Positions 49,620 through 62,369 of a stretch of 64,000 nucleotides of DNA are shown piece by piece. Positions within the stretch are counted from its first letter, which is position 1. Every line of letters begins with the position of its first letter. Origin of the DNA: Octopus bimaculoides (lineage: Eukaryota); contig NC_068982.1 in assembly GCF_001194135.2 (NCBI RefSeq), forward strand, positions 56,921,524 to 56,985,523, in the 5' to 3' direction. A program made the position numbers and the translations under genes. The notes below the pieces were generated by a model, which was given only the letters and a program-made list of their open reading frames with translations, was not told the DNA's origin and did no database searches.

Positions 49620-49950
49620 GTATGGCTAAATGGTTGAGAATTTCACGTTAGGGTTCGATCCCATTGCATTGTGTCTTAGATATGTCATTTCCTATAATCA
49701 CGGCTCGACCATACCTTGTGAATTAGATTGACTACACGGAGAGAAAACGATTCCGTCAAGAGAATTGTACTTTGTAATACGATTACTTGAACAGGTTTTG
49801 TTGTACTGAGTCAACCTGATTTTACTAGAAAATTATGCTACGAACACAGATGTCTGTGGAACGCTCAACCACTTATAGTTAATGCAGGAGCAGGTAATTC
49901 AGTTGATCAATCAATTGAATCCTCATCATCGAACGGTGGAGATTTATGAA
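49620..49950 (+). mobile_element. Old SINE with CORE-like head joined to an OK/Ceph-type tail
   Basis: Head ggctaaatggttgaga..ggttcgatcccattgc; tail cacagatgtctgtggaacgctcaaccactt..gagcagg..gttgatc matches the reverse complement of 46640-46750. Confidence 0.55.
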
Positions 49951-49994
49951 CGTCACAATCTAGATAAAATTATGCATTGCGTATACGAAGTATT

Positions 49995-50165
49995 GTCTAG
50001 CTCTGGTTGAGCAAACCTATGATCAAAGATATTCCTAACGTGATCATCCTGCCTTTCGCCTAGTTACAATATACTCTAAACTACTTTATCTAATGTATCC
50101 CCGCTTTTTCTGTAAAATGATAAAGAAATAAGGTTGTTATTTCGAGAAGGTTGCAGGAACCCCGG
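49995..50165 (+). repeat. Family X repeat
   Basis: ctctggttgagcaaacctatgatcaaagatattcctaacgtgatcatcc. Confidence 0.65.
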
Positions 50166-51508
50166 TAGGTTTGTACAGCCGAGATAGGTCCCTAACGAAT
50201 TTAGTCGGTTACATGCTGATAAATGATAATTTTTTTATACGTTAATTTATCAGCCTATCAATGCATGGTGGAGATGTGTATCGTTATTTTTGAAAATTTC
50301 AAAATCGATTGCTTTTTTTTTTTAAGAAACTACCTTGAAATTCAGAAAAACATGTTTATTTTTTAATTTCTAACTCTGATTTCCTTTCTTTTTCGAATTC
50401 ATTCTTGTCATTTTGAAACTCTCTTTTGTAAGAAAATTAAATATATATATATATCATTTTACAACATAAAACGTTACTATGTCTCGAATTATCTTCTTAG
50501 ATTTTTGTGTAAATCGTATTAGTTAATTTAATACAGGACACAGAATCAAAATTGGTTTCTAATGGACTTTTCTAGAAATATTTCTTTTACGAACATCACT
50601 GAATTTTAGGTTTTACAGTTGAAGCAAGCACTTCACTTTGCATAATAATGTTACGTGATTTTAATTTGATATGATTGAATCTAATGAATATGACTAGCGC
50701 AAAATTAAGAGTAATCTTCTTCTAGTAGTTATTTCAATTCAATTTGACATAAAAGATATTGAAGTCCCTCCTCTCTAAAAATCACAGCCAGCATACTTAA
50801 ACAGAACAGGCAAGTAAAAAGCCAACTCCCGCGTAACATCACACATCGCTTAGCCTACCTCTGAGAGAGATAACAGCCTGGATCTAGAAGCGTATCTGCT
50901 TAATTTTTTTATTTTTATCATTATAGGAATGTATTAAATTATGTTTATGTTTCATTTGCTAGACATTTTAAATAGCGTCTAGTATTAAATAGCACTATTT
51001 ATCTGAATTTTCTTAAATTTTTGTAATAACTTTTATAAACAAAGACACGAAAGGATTTGTTTGAAGATTCAGTCTACATATTTAGATTATATTTTCGATA
51101 AAGAGTTGAATGCATTAAAGAAATTTCTCAAGAAATATGAAACGAGAGATAAGCCTCTTCAGTAAACTGATAACGTTTTATCAGATATTGGTTTATAATC
51201 GTGAGAACTCTGTGCATGATTAAAGGATCAAGCTCGAGATTAAAGTAATTTTCTCTGTGGTAGAATCACTAAGAAAAGACAGATTATATCTTAGAGCTAT
51301 GACGTCATAACATAATGTAAGATTAGAACGCGGAAAACGATTTGAATACAAATAAACAACCTTCGTATAAAATTGAATTTTATTTTGTAATACTGTGGAA
51401 ACTAGCTCGAAAAACAAAGGAACAATCTTAGTTAATGAATTGATTTTCATTCTGTTTGAATTTCAGCTCACTTCATCCCACCTGAAACTTTCCTTTATAT
51501 ACCACAAG

Positions 51509-51543
<35 letters not shown>

Positions 51544-51670
51544 TCATGCACTATATTATGTGCTATAATGCAATACACGTTACTGAATGGATTATGGCTC
51601 AATATTCAGTTCACGTTGAATTCCTGAATTAAGTATTCCATACTTTACAATACATAAGCAACATATATCG

Positions 51671-51993
51671 TTTATCTTTTATTTATTTCAGTCATTAGAC
51701 TGCGGCCATGCTGTAGCACCACTTTGAAGAACTTTTAGTCAAATGAATCCACCCCTGTACATATATTTTTAAACCTGGTACTTATCCTGCCCCTTTTTAC
51801 CGAACCACTAAGTTATGGGGACGTAAATACACCTACACCGGTTGTCAAGCGGTGGTGGGGAACAAATACACACAGACACACACACACATATATACTTTCA
51901 GTTTCATTCTCCGTGTCTATATAAAAAGATACTTGCCCGAAGTGCCACGCAGTGAGACTGAACCTGGAACCATGTGGTTGGGAAGCAAGCTTC
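51671..51993 (-). mobile_element. CORE-type SINE with deleted CORE segment
   Basis: tttcagtcattagactgcggccatgctg...gttatggggacgtaaatacacc...gtgccacgcagtgagactgaacctggaaccatgtggttggg. Confidence 0.85.
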
Positions 51994-52169
51994 CAATATA
52001 GATCTTCGTAGACAATTTCGTTCGAAGAAAGTTTTGTATATAAAAAAAAATAACATTATTATGTAAAAAAAAATCTGCAAATAATTTTTTGAGATCATTG
52101 ACCGGTTGTAATGAAAGACGCGATATATCAATGTGTTTTCTCTGATAACTTCAACTTGATCTGTATGTT

Positions 52170-52206
<37 letters not shown>

Positions 52207-52624
52207 TAACACATACGCACATACTATTTGATTTATTTACAAGAGATGTTCGCAGATTCACTTACTTATGACAGTAATTATCGGCAGGGAGAAGTAACCG
52301 GTGACCAAATTTGATTGTGACCAAGTTTCTTCGGGCCCCGTTGGCGGGTCGGTAGTAATAATCAGTCACTCTTGGTTTCTAGCTCAGCCTCTCCCATTGG
52401 TTACAGACCCCCAACAAGAAGCCATCTCTGCTGTCTCATTTAATGTTAATGTCTATATCCCTCTCCCTTTCTGAAAGTGCCAGAACTAAGTATGCTACAC
52501 GTTGTGGGTCACGTGTTTTTACCTTTTTGAAAGTTGAAATTTTTACATAGGAGCACATCTTTACAAAAAAAATGATGCTAGCATTGTATTGTTTTCTTTT
52601 AGCTCTATATTTGAATCAGCTTCT

Positions 52625-52893
52625 GAATTTACATTATTTACATTATTTACATTTGACGGATATTTGTCCTCATTTTGTTTGATGTTAACACAACGTTTCG
52701 GCTGATATACCCTCCAGCCTTCGTCAGGTGTCTTGGGGAAATTTCGAACCTGGGTTCTCATTCCTAACGATGTTACTATTATTATTATTATTACTATTAT
52801 TAATCAGGTCGCTGCCGTGAATCGAACTCGGAATCGGAATCTTGGGGTTAGTAGCCCGCGCTCTTAACCACTACGCCATATGCCCGTGGGCAT
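52625..52893 (-). mobile_element. tRNA-headed short element with a hammerhead-bearing (PLE-like) tail
   Basis: A box TGGCGTAGTGGTT (52866-52878), B box GAGTTCGATTC (52819-52829), (ATT)n linker, HHR, tail (tgtaaataa)n; 5' palindrome atatgccc-gt-gggcatat. Confidence 0.8.
52687..52732 (-). ncRNA. Minimal type I hammerhead ribozyme motif
   Basis: GACAC / CTGACGA A / GGCTG-gagggtatat-CAGCC / GAAACGTT / GTGTT; stem III reduced to the palindrome AACGTT. Confidence 0.75.
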
Positions 52894-53138
52894 ATTCTGA
52901 GTAAATCAATATTCCTGGATCAAATGGAGATTTTACAACATATTTTTAAAGTAAATAATCTGAAATATGTGTATGTGTGTGTATGTATGTGTGCATGCGT
53001 ACCTATGTGTGCGAGTATGTTTGGACATTCCTTCTTTCTAGTAATATCNNNNNNNNNNNNNNNNNNNNNNNNNNNNNNNNNNNNNNNNNNNNNNNNNNNN
53101 NNNNNNNNNNNNNNNNNNNNNNNNNNNNNNNNNNNNNN

Positions 53139-53460
53139 GTATGTGTGTATGTATGTGTATGTATGTGTATGTATGTATGTGTGTATGTATGTGTGTATGT
53201 ATGTATGTATGTATGTATGTATGTGTGTATGTGTGTATGTATGTATGTGTATGTGTGTATATGTATGTATGTATGTGTATGTATGTATGTGTTTGTATGT
53301 GTATGTATGTGTATGTATGTGTGTATGTATGTGTGTATGTATGTGTGTATGTATGTATGTATGTATGTGTGCATGTATGTGTGTATGTATGTATGGGTGC
53401 ATGTATGTGTGCATGTATGTGTGTATGTATGTGTGTATGTGTGTGTATGTATGTGTGCAT
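53139..53460. repeat. (TGTA)n/(TG)n microsatellite
   Basis: Direct observation. Confidence 0.95.
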
Positions 53461-53539
53461 GCGTACCTATGTGTGCGAGTATGTTTGGACATTCCTTCTT
53501 TCTAGTAATATCCTTTCTGTTAACATTAAAGACTACTAA

Positions 53540-53653
53540 GGCAGTGACCTGAAAGAATCGTTAGCGCGCCGAGGAAAAAGACCTAGCGGCATTTCATCCG
53601 TCTTTACGCTCAGAGTTAAAATTCTGCCAAGGTCGACTTTGCTTTCATCCTTC
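53540..53653 (+). mobile_element. Meta-like SINE, 3'-truncated
   Basis: gaatcgttagcgcgccgagg...tagcggcatttcatccgtc...caaggtcgactttgctttcatcc. Confidence 0.78.
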
Positions 53654-53713
53654 ATTGTGTATTAGTTATAGGGATGAGATTTTTAAATCCCAAGTAAGGT
53701 TAATTTAATCATT

Positions 53714-54424
53714 GTTTGTTAAGAGTGGGTTTGAATTTCTTAATAAAGTCCTTTTCTCTTAATTTCATTTAAGTTGTAAAGTTTATGGAATGGAAATATC
53801 AAAAAAGTTTTTCGACCACATGTTGCCAGATGGTTACTCAGTGGTATTTGGCGGACCTCTGGGTTTTTAATCTGTTGTCGATGCACACGTGAGCGTTCCG
53901 ATAGTTCATTACCTGTCTGGCCAGCGTACAGTTCTTCACAATTTGGGCATTTGATGCAGTAGATTAGATTTCTACTTCTGCAGTTCATGTTCGAATTGGT
54001 GAATATTTTCCCTGTTTTTGTGTTCATATATGGTCCGGTATGAATTGATTGGCATGTACCGCATCGGCTATCATTGTATTTGGACACAGTGAATGTTTGA
54101 TTTTTGTTGCTGAGGTCAAACCTTGCCTTTGTTAATAACTTTTTCAAGTTTTTAGGTTGTCTCTTACTGAGAGTTATACTTTGATCTGTAATGATATTTC
54201 TCAATTCCTTATTTTGTGCAAGGATCGGTAAGTTCGCTTTAGCGATATTGAAGATGTTCTGGTGGCATGGATTTTGTGTCACTATAAATGGTATGATTTT
54301 TTCCTGTTTTTTTCTTCTTTGCGGTGTCCTCAGTTGTTGTATGGGTATTTTCGAAGCCCGCTGAATACCATTTTCTATGAGTAGTGACGGGTATTTTTGT
54401 TTGAGCAGAAATTCTTTCAGTTCC
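53714..54424 (-). mobile_element. Penelope-like element (Neptune-type) ORF C-terminus: thumb, Cys linker and GIY-YIG endonuclease; 5'-truncated
   Basis: ELKEFLLKQKYP...IPFIVTQNP...KRQPKNLKKLLTKA...RCGTC...NMNCRSRNLIYCIKCPNCEELYAGQTG..L.ER..VHRQQI; a frameshift near 53745 restores the PLE-type end FIKKFKPTLNKQ*; the ATG comes from the (AT)n junction. Confidence 0.92.
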
Positions 54425-54667
54425 ATATATATATATATATATGTGTGTGTGTGTATGTATTTGTGTCTGTGTTTCTCCCCTTTCCATCATCGTTTGACAA
54501 TCGATGTTGGTGTGTTTACGTCCCCGTAACATAGCGGCTCGGCAACAGAGACCCAATAGAATAAGTACTACGCTTACAAAGAATAGGTCCTGGGGTCGAT
54601 TTGTTCGACTAGAGGTGGTGCTCCAACATGGCCACAGTCAAATGACTGAAACAAATAAAAGAAAAAA
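54425..54667 (+). mobile_element. CORE-type SINE 3' half
   Basis: catcgtttgacaatcgatgttggtgtgtttacgtccccgtaac...ggtggtgctccaacatggccacagtcaaatgactgaaacaaataaaag. Confidence 0.88.
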
Positions 54668-56829
54668 TTATAATCAGAATGCGACTACATCATCGTAAAT
54701 ACACCCATACGTAGAAAAGTAACATCTACATCCACTACATGAGTGCAAGTACTTCAAGAATTTGTATCCATTGACAAAAGACTTGCTACTTTGTTGCTCG
54801 TCGGTTGTTCTGCGAAGAGAAAGCTTCAATTTCGAAAAGAAGCTGACATACATGCATGCATATATAAACGTTCAAATTTATATACGTATGTACGTATGTA
54901 CATTACGTTTTTGGCACCGTATAGGACTGTTAAAAATGTATGATTAAAAATCTAGAAATATGCCAACTTCACAGCCTAAAATCGTAAGTGCTTTTTGTCT
55001 GTAAGAGAAGCACCTCTTACTCAACTACTTATCGTTGATAAGACGGAATTAAATAAAATACTTCTCGCCGAGCGGAATTTCAGTTTGAATATTATGTCAG
55101 ATTGTGATAGGAACGCAACACTTATAGTCTTACCAAATCTGTGAGCTACGGGGGACGGCGTAAGTATTGCGATCACTTCATTTGGTTGTTTACATTATAT
55201 ATAACACGAAACAGAGATAAAACGTGCGGGCGCGAGATAGATAGATAGATACAGACAAAGGGCAGATGGAAGTTAGAGACACAGAATATATACAAAAAGA
55301 AGGAAAGGTTGTGACGGGCAGAGACACGCAACTTTCGTGCCATCTTTTTTTAACACAGGTTCGCTTCTCAACAACAAGAAAAAATAATGGATAAAGCAAG
55401 AAAAGATATTCTGTTTGATGGAAAGTGCTCTCACCCAATATCTCCAGACACTAATATCCTTAAAAGAAGACACTTAAAATCTTTTACTTTAGTTGGCTGA
55501 CCTCGTTTTTCCTACTCTGTTATTTTACACTTTCTTTTAACTCCTATCTTTCGGCCTTTCTCCCCTTCTTTATTTCGTTAATTTTTTCCCCTTGTGTTTT
55601 TCTTTCGTTCCGCATTTTTCTCTCTTGCTTTCCTTCTTTTATTCGTTTTTATCTGAAACTATAGTCGCTTTTTGCGAGTAACAGTGAAAGCGGGAGAAAA
55701 AGATAATTAGAGGGAGGTAGAGTGGAGACATTCACATTTTTTTTTCATTTCATCTCTTAAAATAAGGTTGAAATTTACAGGAACGAAAACAAAATTTACT
55801 TTTGTCCAAATTATTTAGGGAGAGACGACAATGCTGCGTGACAAAGGAAAGCAAGTCTCCTGTCTCTGGTTCATGAAACCAGAACTGTTAGACAGCAGTG
55901 TCTTTTTTTCTTTTGCTGACCCAGTGCTATTGCCATGCTGTAACATTCTCTCACCTTTCATAACTTGCTAGGCACCGTTCGATTTTATTATGTGATAAAA
56001 CAAAAAGAAAAAAGAAAAAAAGCTAGCTTTTTTACGGAACTGATTCAAGGTGACAAAACAGTTAGTTCTTTATGAATATCAACTGTTGACAGGTTCAGAA
56101 ACGATTGATTTTCTTAGAGATAGAATATACTTTTTTGAATCTTCATGTGTTAAGTGTAGATCTCCAAGAAACGAGGAAGACTGAAAAATATAATGAGGAT
56201 GAAAGCTAATTCTGAAGCACATTATTTAAAAATAAATATTGTCAAAGCAGGTGGACCTGGATTACTCAGAAAAGTTTTATATTCGGCCTTTCTTCATACA
56301 TCATGATGAGGGAAGTGGAGTGGAAGAGAAGTATTTGAGGGACTTTCTCTCTTTTTATATGAAAAATGGTGATGGAAGCAAAACTACTCGAGATTCAGCG
56401 TCTTTTTATCTTCAAGGTAAAAAGTAAAATTATTTGGTGTTTGGTGGGTAGGAAGATTTTTGCAAACATAGTACAAACCCCATTACCAAGGGACTAGAAA
56501 ACTTGTTTGCAACGCGGGAGGTGAGAAAGCTTATCAGATGTACAACGCACGAAGACACCCTTTGATTTCCTGATGGTAATAAAGCATGTTTTGCGATAGT
56601 AATAAGCATGTGTTATGATACTTCACTGTTAAAATTGTTAACTTACTTCCTTTCGGTATTGCTCGTTGTACCAGCAGCGGAATGTTTCACAGACAGGAAC
56701 AGAAATCTAACACGTTGTACACTTGTGTCGTGTAGGGGTTCTGCAATATTACTGAGCTAAAATGTTTTGATGTTCTTGAAGAAGCTTTGTCTTAAGAACA
56801 CTAGTTTTGCGAAGCTCAGAGACAGGCAA

Positions 56830-57040
56830 GCAACGTTTTTGGTTATCAATCTCACTATTCCAGAAACATGTCATGAAATTTCCACCTGATTCATGTGTGT
56901 ATACGTTTCCAACTGCAACATACACGTGTGAGAAAATTTTCTTCAAAGTAATGCGAATTACAACGAAGTTTTTTAATGGGGAATTAGAAGAAAATTGGAG
57001 GCTTCATTTGCAGATTGTGTATCAAGGGTTAAGTCGGTCT
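56830..57040 (+). mobile_element. hAT (Buster/Charlie-like) C-terminal remnant
   Basis: FWLSI...PTATYTCEKIFFKVMRITTKFFNGELEENWRLHL resembles FW..I...PF.TTYLCE..FS.L..IKTK.RN.L..E..LRL.L; a weaker echo at 56240-56430. Confidence 0.5.
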
Positions 57041-57195
57041 TGCGGACTCCGTCCATTTTTAGACGATTCACTACGAGTAAAAATCACTCAATAGGAAATG
57101 GGTGGAATTGGTGTTGGACCCATATTGCAGTGGTTGGTTTGTTAGATTACAACTACCTTATGTAGCCTCACGTTAATAATTGATAAAGAGCCTTA

Positions 57196-57518
<323 letters not shown>

Positions 57519-57519
<1 letters not shown>

Positions 57520-57710
57520 ATCGTTAGCACACCGGATAAATGCATGGTAGCATTTCACCCGTCGTTACGTTCAAAGTTCAAATTCCGCTGAGGTCGACTT
57601 TGCCTTTCATCCTTTCGGGGTCGATAAATTAAGTACCAGTTGCGTACTGGGATCGATCTAATCGACTGGACCCCCACAAAATTCCAGGCCTTGTACCTAT
57701 AGGAGAAAGG

Positions 57711-57777
<67 letters not shown>
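57519..57777 (+). mobile_element. Meta-like SINE with (ATT)n tail
   Basis: aatcgttagcacaccgg...gaggtcgactttgcctttcatcctttcggggtcgataaattaagtaccagttgcgtactgg. Confidence 0.9.
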
Positions 57778-57778
<1 letters not shown>

Positions 57779-57909
57779 GTAGATTGACAAGTTTATTTTT
57801 TAACCTGTGGAAGACACACGAAATGTTGAAATATTGTTCATTTGATAACAATGGCACTTTTCTTTATTTGCTTCTATACTTTCTGGAGGAGTAACCTCAA
57901 TCCTATAAA

Positions 57910-57999
<90 letters not shown>

Positions 58000-58003
58000 G
58001 TAT

Positions 58004-58228
58004 GGCGGTGAGCTGGCCGAATCGTTAGTACGCCGGACAAATTCATAACGGAGTTTCGTCGGTCGTTACGATCCGAATTCAAATCCCACCAAGGTCAACT
58101 TTTCCTTACATTCTTTCGAGGTCAATGAAATAAGTACCAGTTGAGTAGTGGAGTCGATATAATCGACTAATCCTCTGCAACTCACCTAAAATTTCAGGCC
58201 TTTTGCCTATGTAAGAAAGGATTATTAT
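58004..58228 (+). mobile_element. Meta-like SINE
   Basis: ggcggtgagctggccgaatcgttagtacgccgg...aaggtcaacttttccttacattctttcgaggtcaatgaaataagtaccag. Confidence 0.85.
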
Positions 58229-58631
58229 CAATTGTGTATGCTGGTAATTTGTAATTAATGTGTCAATATTTCAACTAATTCTAATTATGACCAATGTCTT
58301 TCTGTGTCACGCATACTCACAGCCACTTGATATCTTGGGATTACGTGAGGTTTGGAAGTCATGCTTTTGACTACAAAATGACTGACATAAAAAAGATAAA
58401 ATCGTAGTTAACGGAAAGCTGTCGCATGATGACAAGTATTTTTTCCTCTTGATAGAAAATAGTTTTGACGTAAAAAAAAAAAACCGTTGCTGAAATCATA
58501 ATGAAAATAATAATTTTAGAAGGTTTGGTATAATGGAACTCATAAAAATATACCCCATTCTTTAAGGACATAAAAAATAAACAACACACTCTAATAAAAT
58601 ATACTTAAGGAAAAATTGTTTTAAATGTCAT

Positions 58632-59165
58632 GCTATTATGAAACAATGTATCTTACCGAACCTATTATCCGGCAAATTTGGAACCGGAAGTGTCACAGAT
58701 TCTGAATTATCCGGCTTTCTAGAAAGTGCCTAAATATTTGCTTGAAATATAAAATAAGCTGTGTAGAGTAAAGAGCTAAATTATATTGAGCAGAGATTCA
58801 AATGAATACACTTGAAACGCCGGGTCTGATTGATATTTATTAATCCACTTAAAATTATTAAAATACATCATATCGTACCCTATATACAGTACAATATTTA
58901 AAGGATGAAAATTAAATGAAGCAAAGAACATGATTTTATTTAACCGATACATGTGCAAATTGATTCTAAAGAAGAATATGCCTAAGCTTTATTAATCTAC
59001 ATAAAGCATTAATGAACGAAATTATTCTTCATACCGTACGCAAATTAACCAATTTCAAAAACTTGGTTTATTTTTGTCAATACAAGTAAAAGAATATTAC
59101 ACTATATTGCCGGTATTGTACAGAATTTTCGGATTTCTGGAAGCCGGATAAGAGATCTAGTAGTG
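58632..59165. mobile_element. Possible pogo/Tigger-like non-autonomous element
   Basis: gaacctattatccggc at the left and gccggataagagatc at the right; ttatccggc repeated internally; TSD unclear. Confidence 0.4.
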
Positions 59166-59929
59166 CATTTAGGTATCGCAAGACAAGTTATGTGGTAATG
59201 GAAAACAGCTTAAAGCTCTAGGTAAACAGACCGGTTTGCAGGTTGAAATCCATAGGTTTCGATTAATAACAGCAACATAGAATAAATATTTGAATATAGT
59301 GATTGATGTTTGATTGGTTAAAATAGTCATCTGACAACAGCCATATGCCACCATTTTAGAGGGAGAGAGAGAGAGAGAGAAACAAGGAGAGAGAAAAAGA
59401 GGGAGAGAAAGAGAGAAGAGAGGGAGATTGAAAGAGAGGGAGAGAGCTATTTATGTATTGTTTTCACTTTTTGTGTTGATACTTTATTTCCTTTTTGGCT
59501 TCACCCTTTAGTTCACGATATGAATATTTGTGTGTGTATGCATAGATAGATCCCTCTATACAAGCATGCATGCATACATAGATGCACAGACACACACATT
59601 TATATACATACACAATATATATACACACACACACGTACGTACATGTGTGCATATATGAATATACAAACATAAGAACAAAGATTTACTCCATCAATCATGT
59701 AATCACAGAAACTCTAAAGCTTTCATGCAAAGGACACTCGCAGTAGTATAATAGATAACACACAGAATTGCATACGCAGTACATAATGTGATTTTTACAC
59801 AAACACACACGCACACACAGATATTCATCTATGCATGCTTATATATATATATATATTCATTCGCTTTTCTCGTAGTCAGAATTAGATACGGATACAACCA
59901 TAAATGTCACAGATCATTACATATTAGCA

Positions 59930-60660
59930 ACACCAACAGCAGGAAGAACAGCAACAATAATGAAACAAATGCACTACCATTAACTTCAACAATACCATCA
60001 AAAACTGCAGCTGCAAGCAGCAGCAGCAGAAGTAAAAATTACAGCAGCCACAGTAATACCTTCACTATTTCTATGAACATGACAAGAACAACTATCACCA
60101 CCAGCACCAGCACCAGCACCAGCACCAGTACTACCACCACCACCACCACCGCCGCCGCCGACAACACAATCATGGCTGCACTACTAACAAAATCCTATAA
60201 CTATATTCTTCACCACAATCATTACGAAAACACTAAGACTACCTACAAAATAATTATCCCAAACAGACCACCACTACCATCATCTACACCAGTGCTCCAC
60301 AACCGGTATGCCACAGCAAACTGGTGTAGCACGGGACGAAGCTAGGTGTACCGCTGTGTAAACTGAATATAATTTTAGTAATATTTTTAGTCCAGGTGTA
60401 CTTCCGAATTTCGAAAAGAATATGTGAAACGCAAATGAAAAAAGGGTTGCGGAGCATTGATCCATAAACCACAACACTGCCTACAACGAACATTACCATC
60501 ACAACTATCACAATTACTACTATGAACTTCACCTCCTTATCACTATATAACCACCGGTATTGCGACTTACCACCACCAATACTACAAACACTACCACCAC
60601 CTGTAACTACACTATGATCTTCATTACCCAAGAACGAGTATGATTTGGTAACGTGTATCA
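59930..60660. repeat. Degenerate (CAC/CAG/ACT)n low-complexity block
   Basis: Direct observation; source of spurious Thr/Ser-rich ORFs. Confidence 0.85.
60290..60459. mobile_element. hAT-type MITE, 170 bp
   Basis: TIRs cagtgctccacaacc / ggttgcggagcattg (13/15); flanks atctacac / atccataa (5/8). Confidence 0.6.
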
Positions 60661-60989
60661 TGCTTTCGCTGATTGTTTTAGGTGCTTATGTAGTCGCCAG
60701 TAGACATAGATACCATCACAACTCTCCTCCATTTGACCCAGGGGCACATACAGGATGAAACAGCTTGAGGGAGAAAGAGTGAGAGCTGCGCCAGCACTCG
60801 GCTGGTATTCATTTTCAGATTAGTAGACTACAGCAATGTGAAGTGAAACACCTTGCTCAAAGACCTTATGCACTGCACGATCCAGCAATTGAATCTACGA
60901 CTGTACAGTTGTTAGCCGAGTATCCTAACGGCTAGGTTACGCCCCTTCAACACTACAATCATTATAGAAACAGCTGTTGGGCTATCGAA

Positions 60990-61135
60990 GAAGCCACTTC
61001 GTGTAAGCAATAACAGCCAGATTGTTCTCGAATTGCGCCATACCATCTTAATAAAATAACGAATAGAAAGACGAGATTAAACTGGCTGGAAAACCTTTAC
61101 TAAGCCGACCTGACTTCAACTGATCTGAGATTAAA
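60990..61135 (-). repeat. Family X repeat
   Basis: gcaataacagccagattgttctcgaatt...ctggctggaaaacctttac. Confidence 0.55.
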
Positions 61136-61214
61136 CAGCAACTGCTACAACACAGCTCCACTCATCATCAGCACATCAATGACTGACATTAATACTGCTT
61201 CCGACAAGAACAAC

Positions 61215-61440
61215 ATTATTCGTGCTGTTATAGGCACAAAGCCTGACATTTTGTAGGGGGGGGATCTAGTCCATTACATTGACCTCAGTGCTCTACTGAT
61301 ACTTATTTTTATCGACTCCTGAAAAATAGAAATGAATGACAAAGTCGACCTCAGCTGCATTTGAACTCAGAACGTAAAAACCAGAACCAATACCGTCATA
61401 TAATTTGTTCGGCTTGCTAACGATTCCGCCAGCTCACCAC
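61215..61440 (-). mobile_element. Meta-like SINE
   Basis: tacttatttttatcgactcc...aaagtcgacctcagctgcatttgaactcagaacg...gctaacgattccgccagctcacc. Confidence 0.82.
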
Positions 61441-61639
61441 GTTCAGTATATTCGTTACTAACAGTTGATGACATTCACTCAACACAGGCCTTACGGCTGT
61501 AGACTACACTCATCACAAAACTGCTGAGTTGTAATTTCTTCAACCCATCGATGACATAATATACACTAATTTTCCTGCGCAAGATGATAGAAGTAATTTT
61601 TGGTGGTGATAGTGTGCTGACGGCGAAAAAGTTGTGACA

Positions 61640-61723
61640 GTTGTAGTAGTGGTGGTGGTGGTGGTGGTGACGGTGATAATATTAATTACCATTATGATGA
61701 TGATGATGACATTGATGATAATC

Positions 61724-61772
<49 letters not shown>

Positions 61773-62000
61773 CAGTGAGGTTGATGATGACGATGATGAA
61801 GATGGTAATGACGCCGAGAATGTCAGCAATGAGGACCATGAAGATGATGACAAAGGCTGGGGGAAGAGGAGAGGATGACAAAGAGTAGGAGGGGAGGGTG
61901 ATGAAAAGGAGGAAGAGAGGAAGAGAAAAGTGATGAAAATGGTAATGACGGCGAGAATGTTTGCGACGATGACGATGATAATGACGACAATGACTGAACA
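61640..62000. repeat. (GGT)n/(GAT)n low-complexity block
   Basis: Direct observation. Confidence 0.9.
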
Positions 62001-62009
62001 GATCTATGA

Positions 62010-62365
62010 TTAAGACGTTCTGACCATGACCACCTCTTTTTATTTTAAAGTATTCTATCTAGGATTATGTATTTCTATGTGTAATATACAAGGATTTTTG
62101 GATTACACTGTATATTTTTTAAGTCAGTTAGATATGATTTGAGGGAGATTTGACTGCTAATTCTAGCAGATTGAGGTGCTCAACTGTTGGGTCATGCTGT
62201 TGTTAAGCCTTTGGTCAGTCTTGATCGAATTAATTTTGGTCAAGCGCATTCCGGCCATGATCATTCAAACTTACTTATATTTTTAGGATGTTAGAATTTC
62301 ATTTGAGGGAGACGTGATTGTCATTTCTAGCTGGTAGAGTGATCATGTAAAGGCTCACTTGCTGG
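62010..62365 (+). repeat. Two tandem family X copies (about 62010-62185 and 62200-62365)
   Basis: gatttgagggagatttgactgctaattctagcag; catttgagggagacgtgattgtcatttctagctgg. Confidence 0.72.
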
Positions 62366-62369
62366 CTTG

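Noticed and set aside
52991-53512. Identical 58-bp direct repeat across the gap 53049-53138
   Set aside because: The first copy ends exactly at the gap, typical of an unmerged contig overlap.
59788-60345. 185-aa Thr/Ser-rich ORF
   Set aside because: Degenerate trinucleotide DNA that ends inside a hAT MITE; no domain and no splice support.
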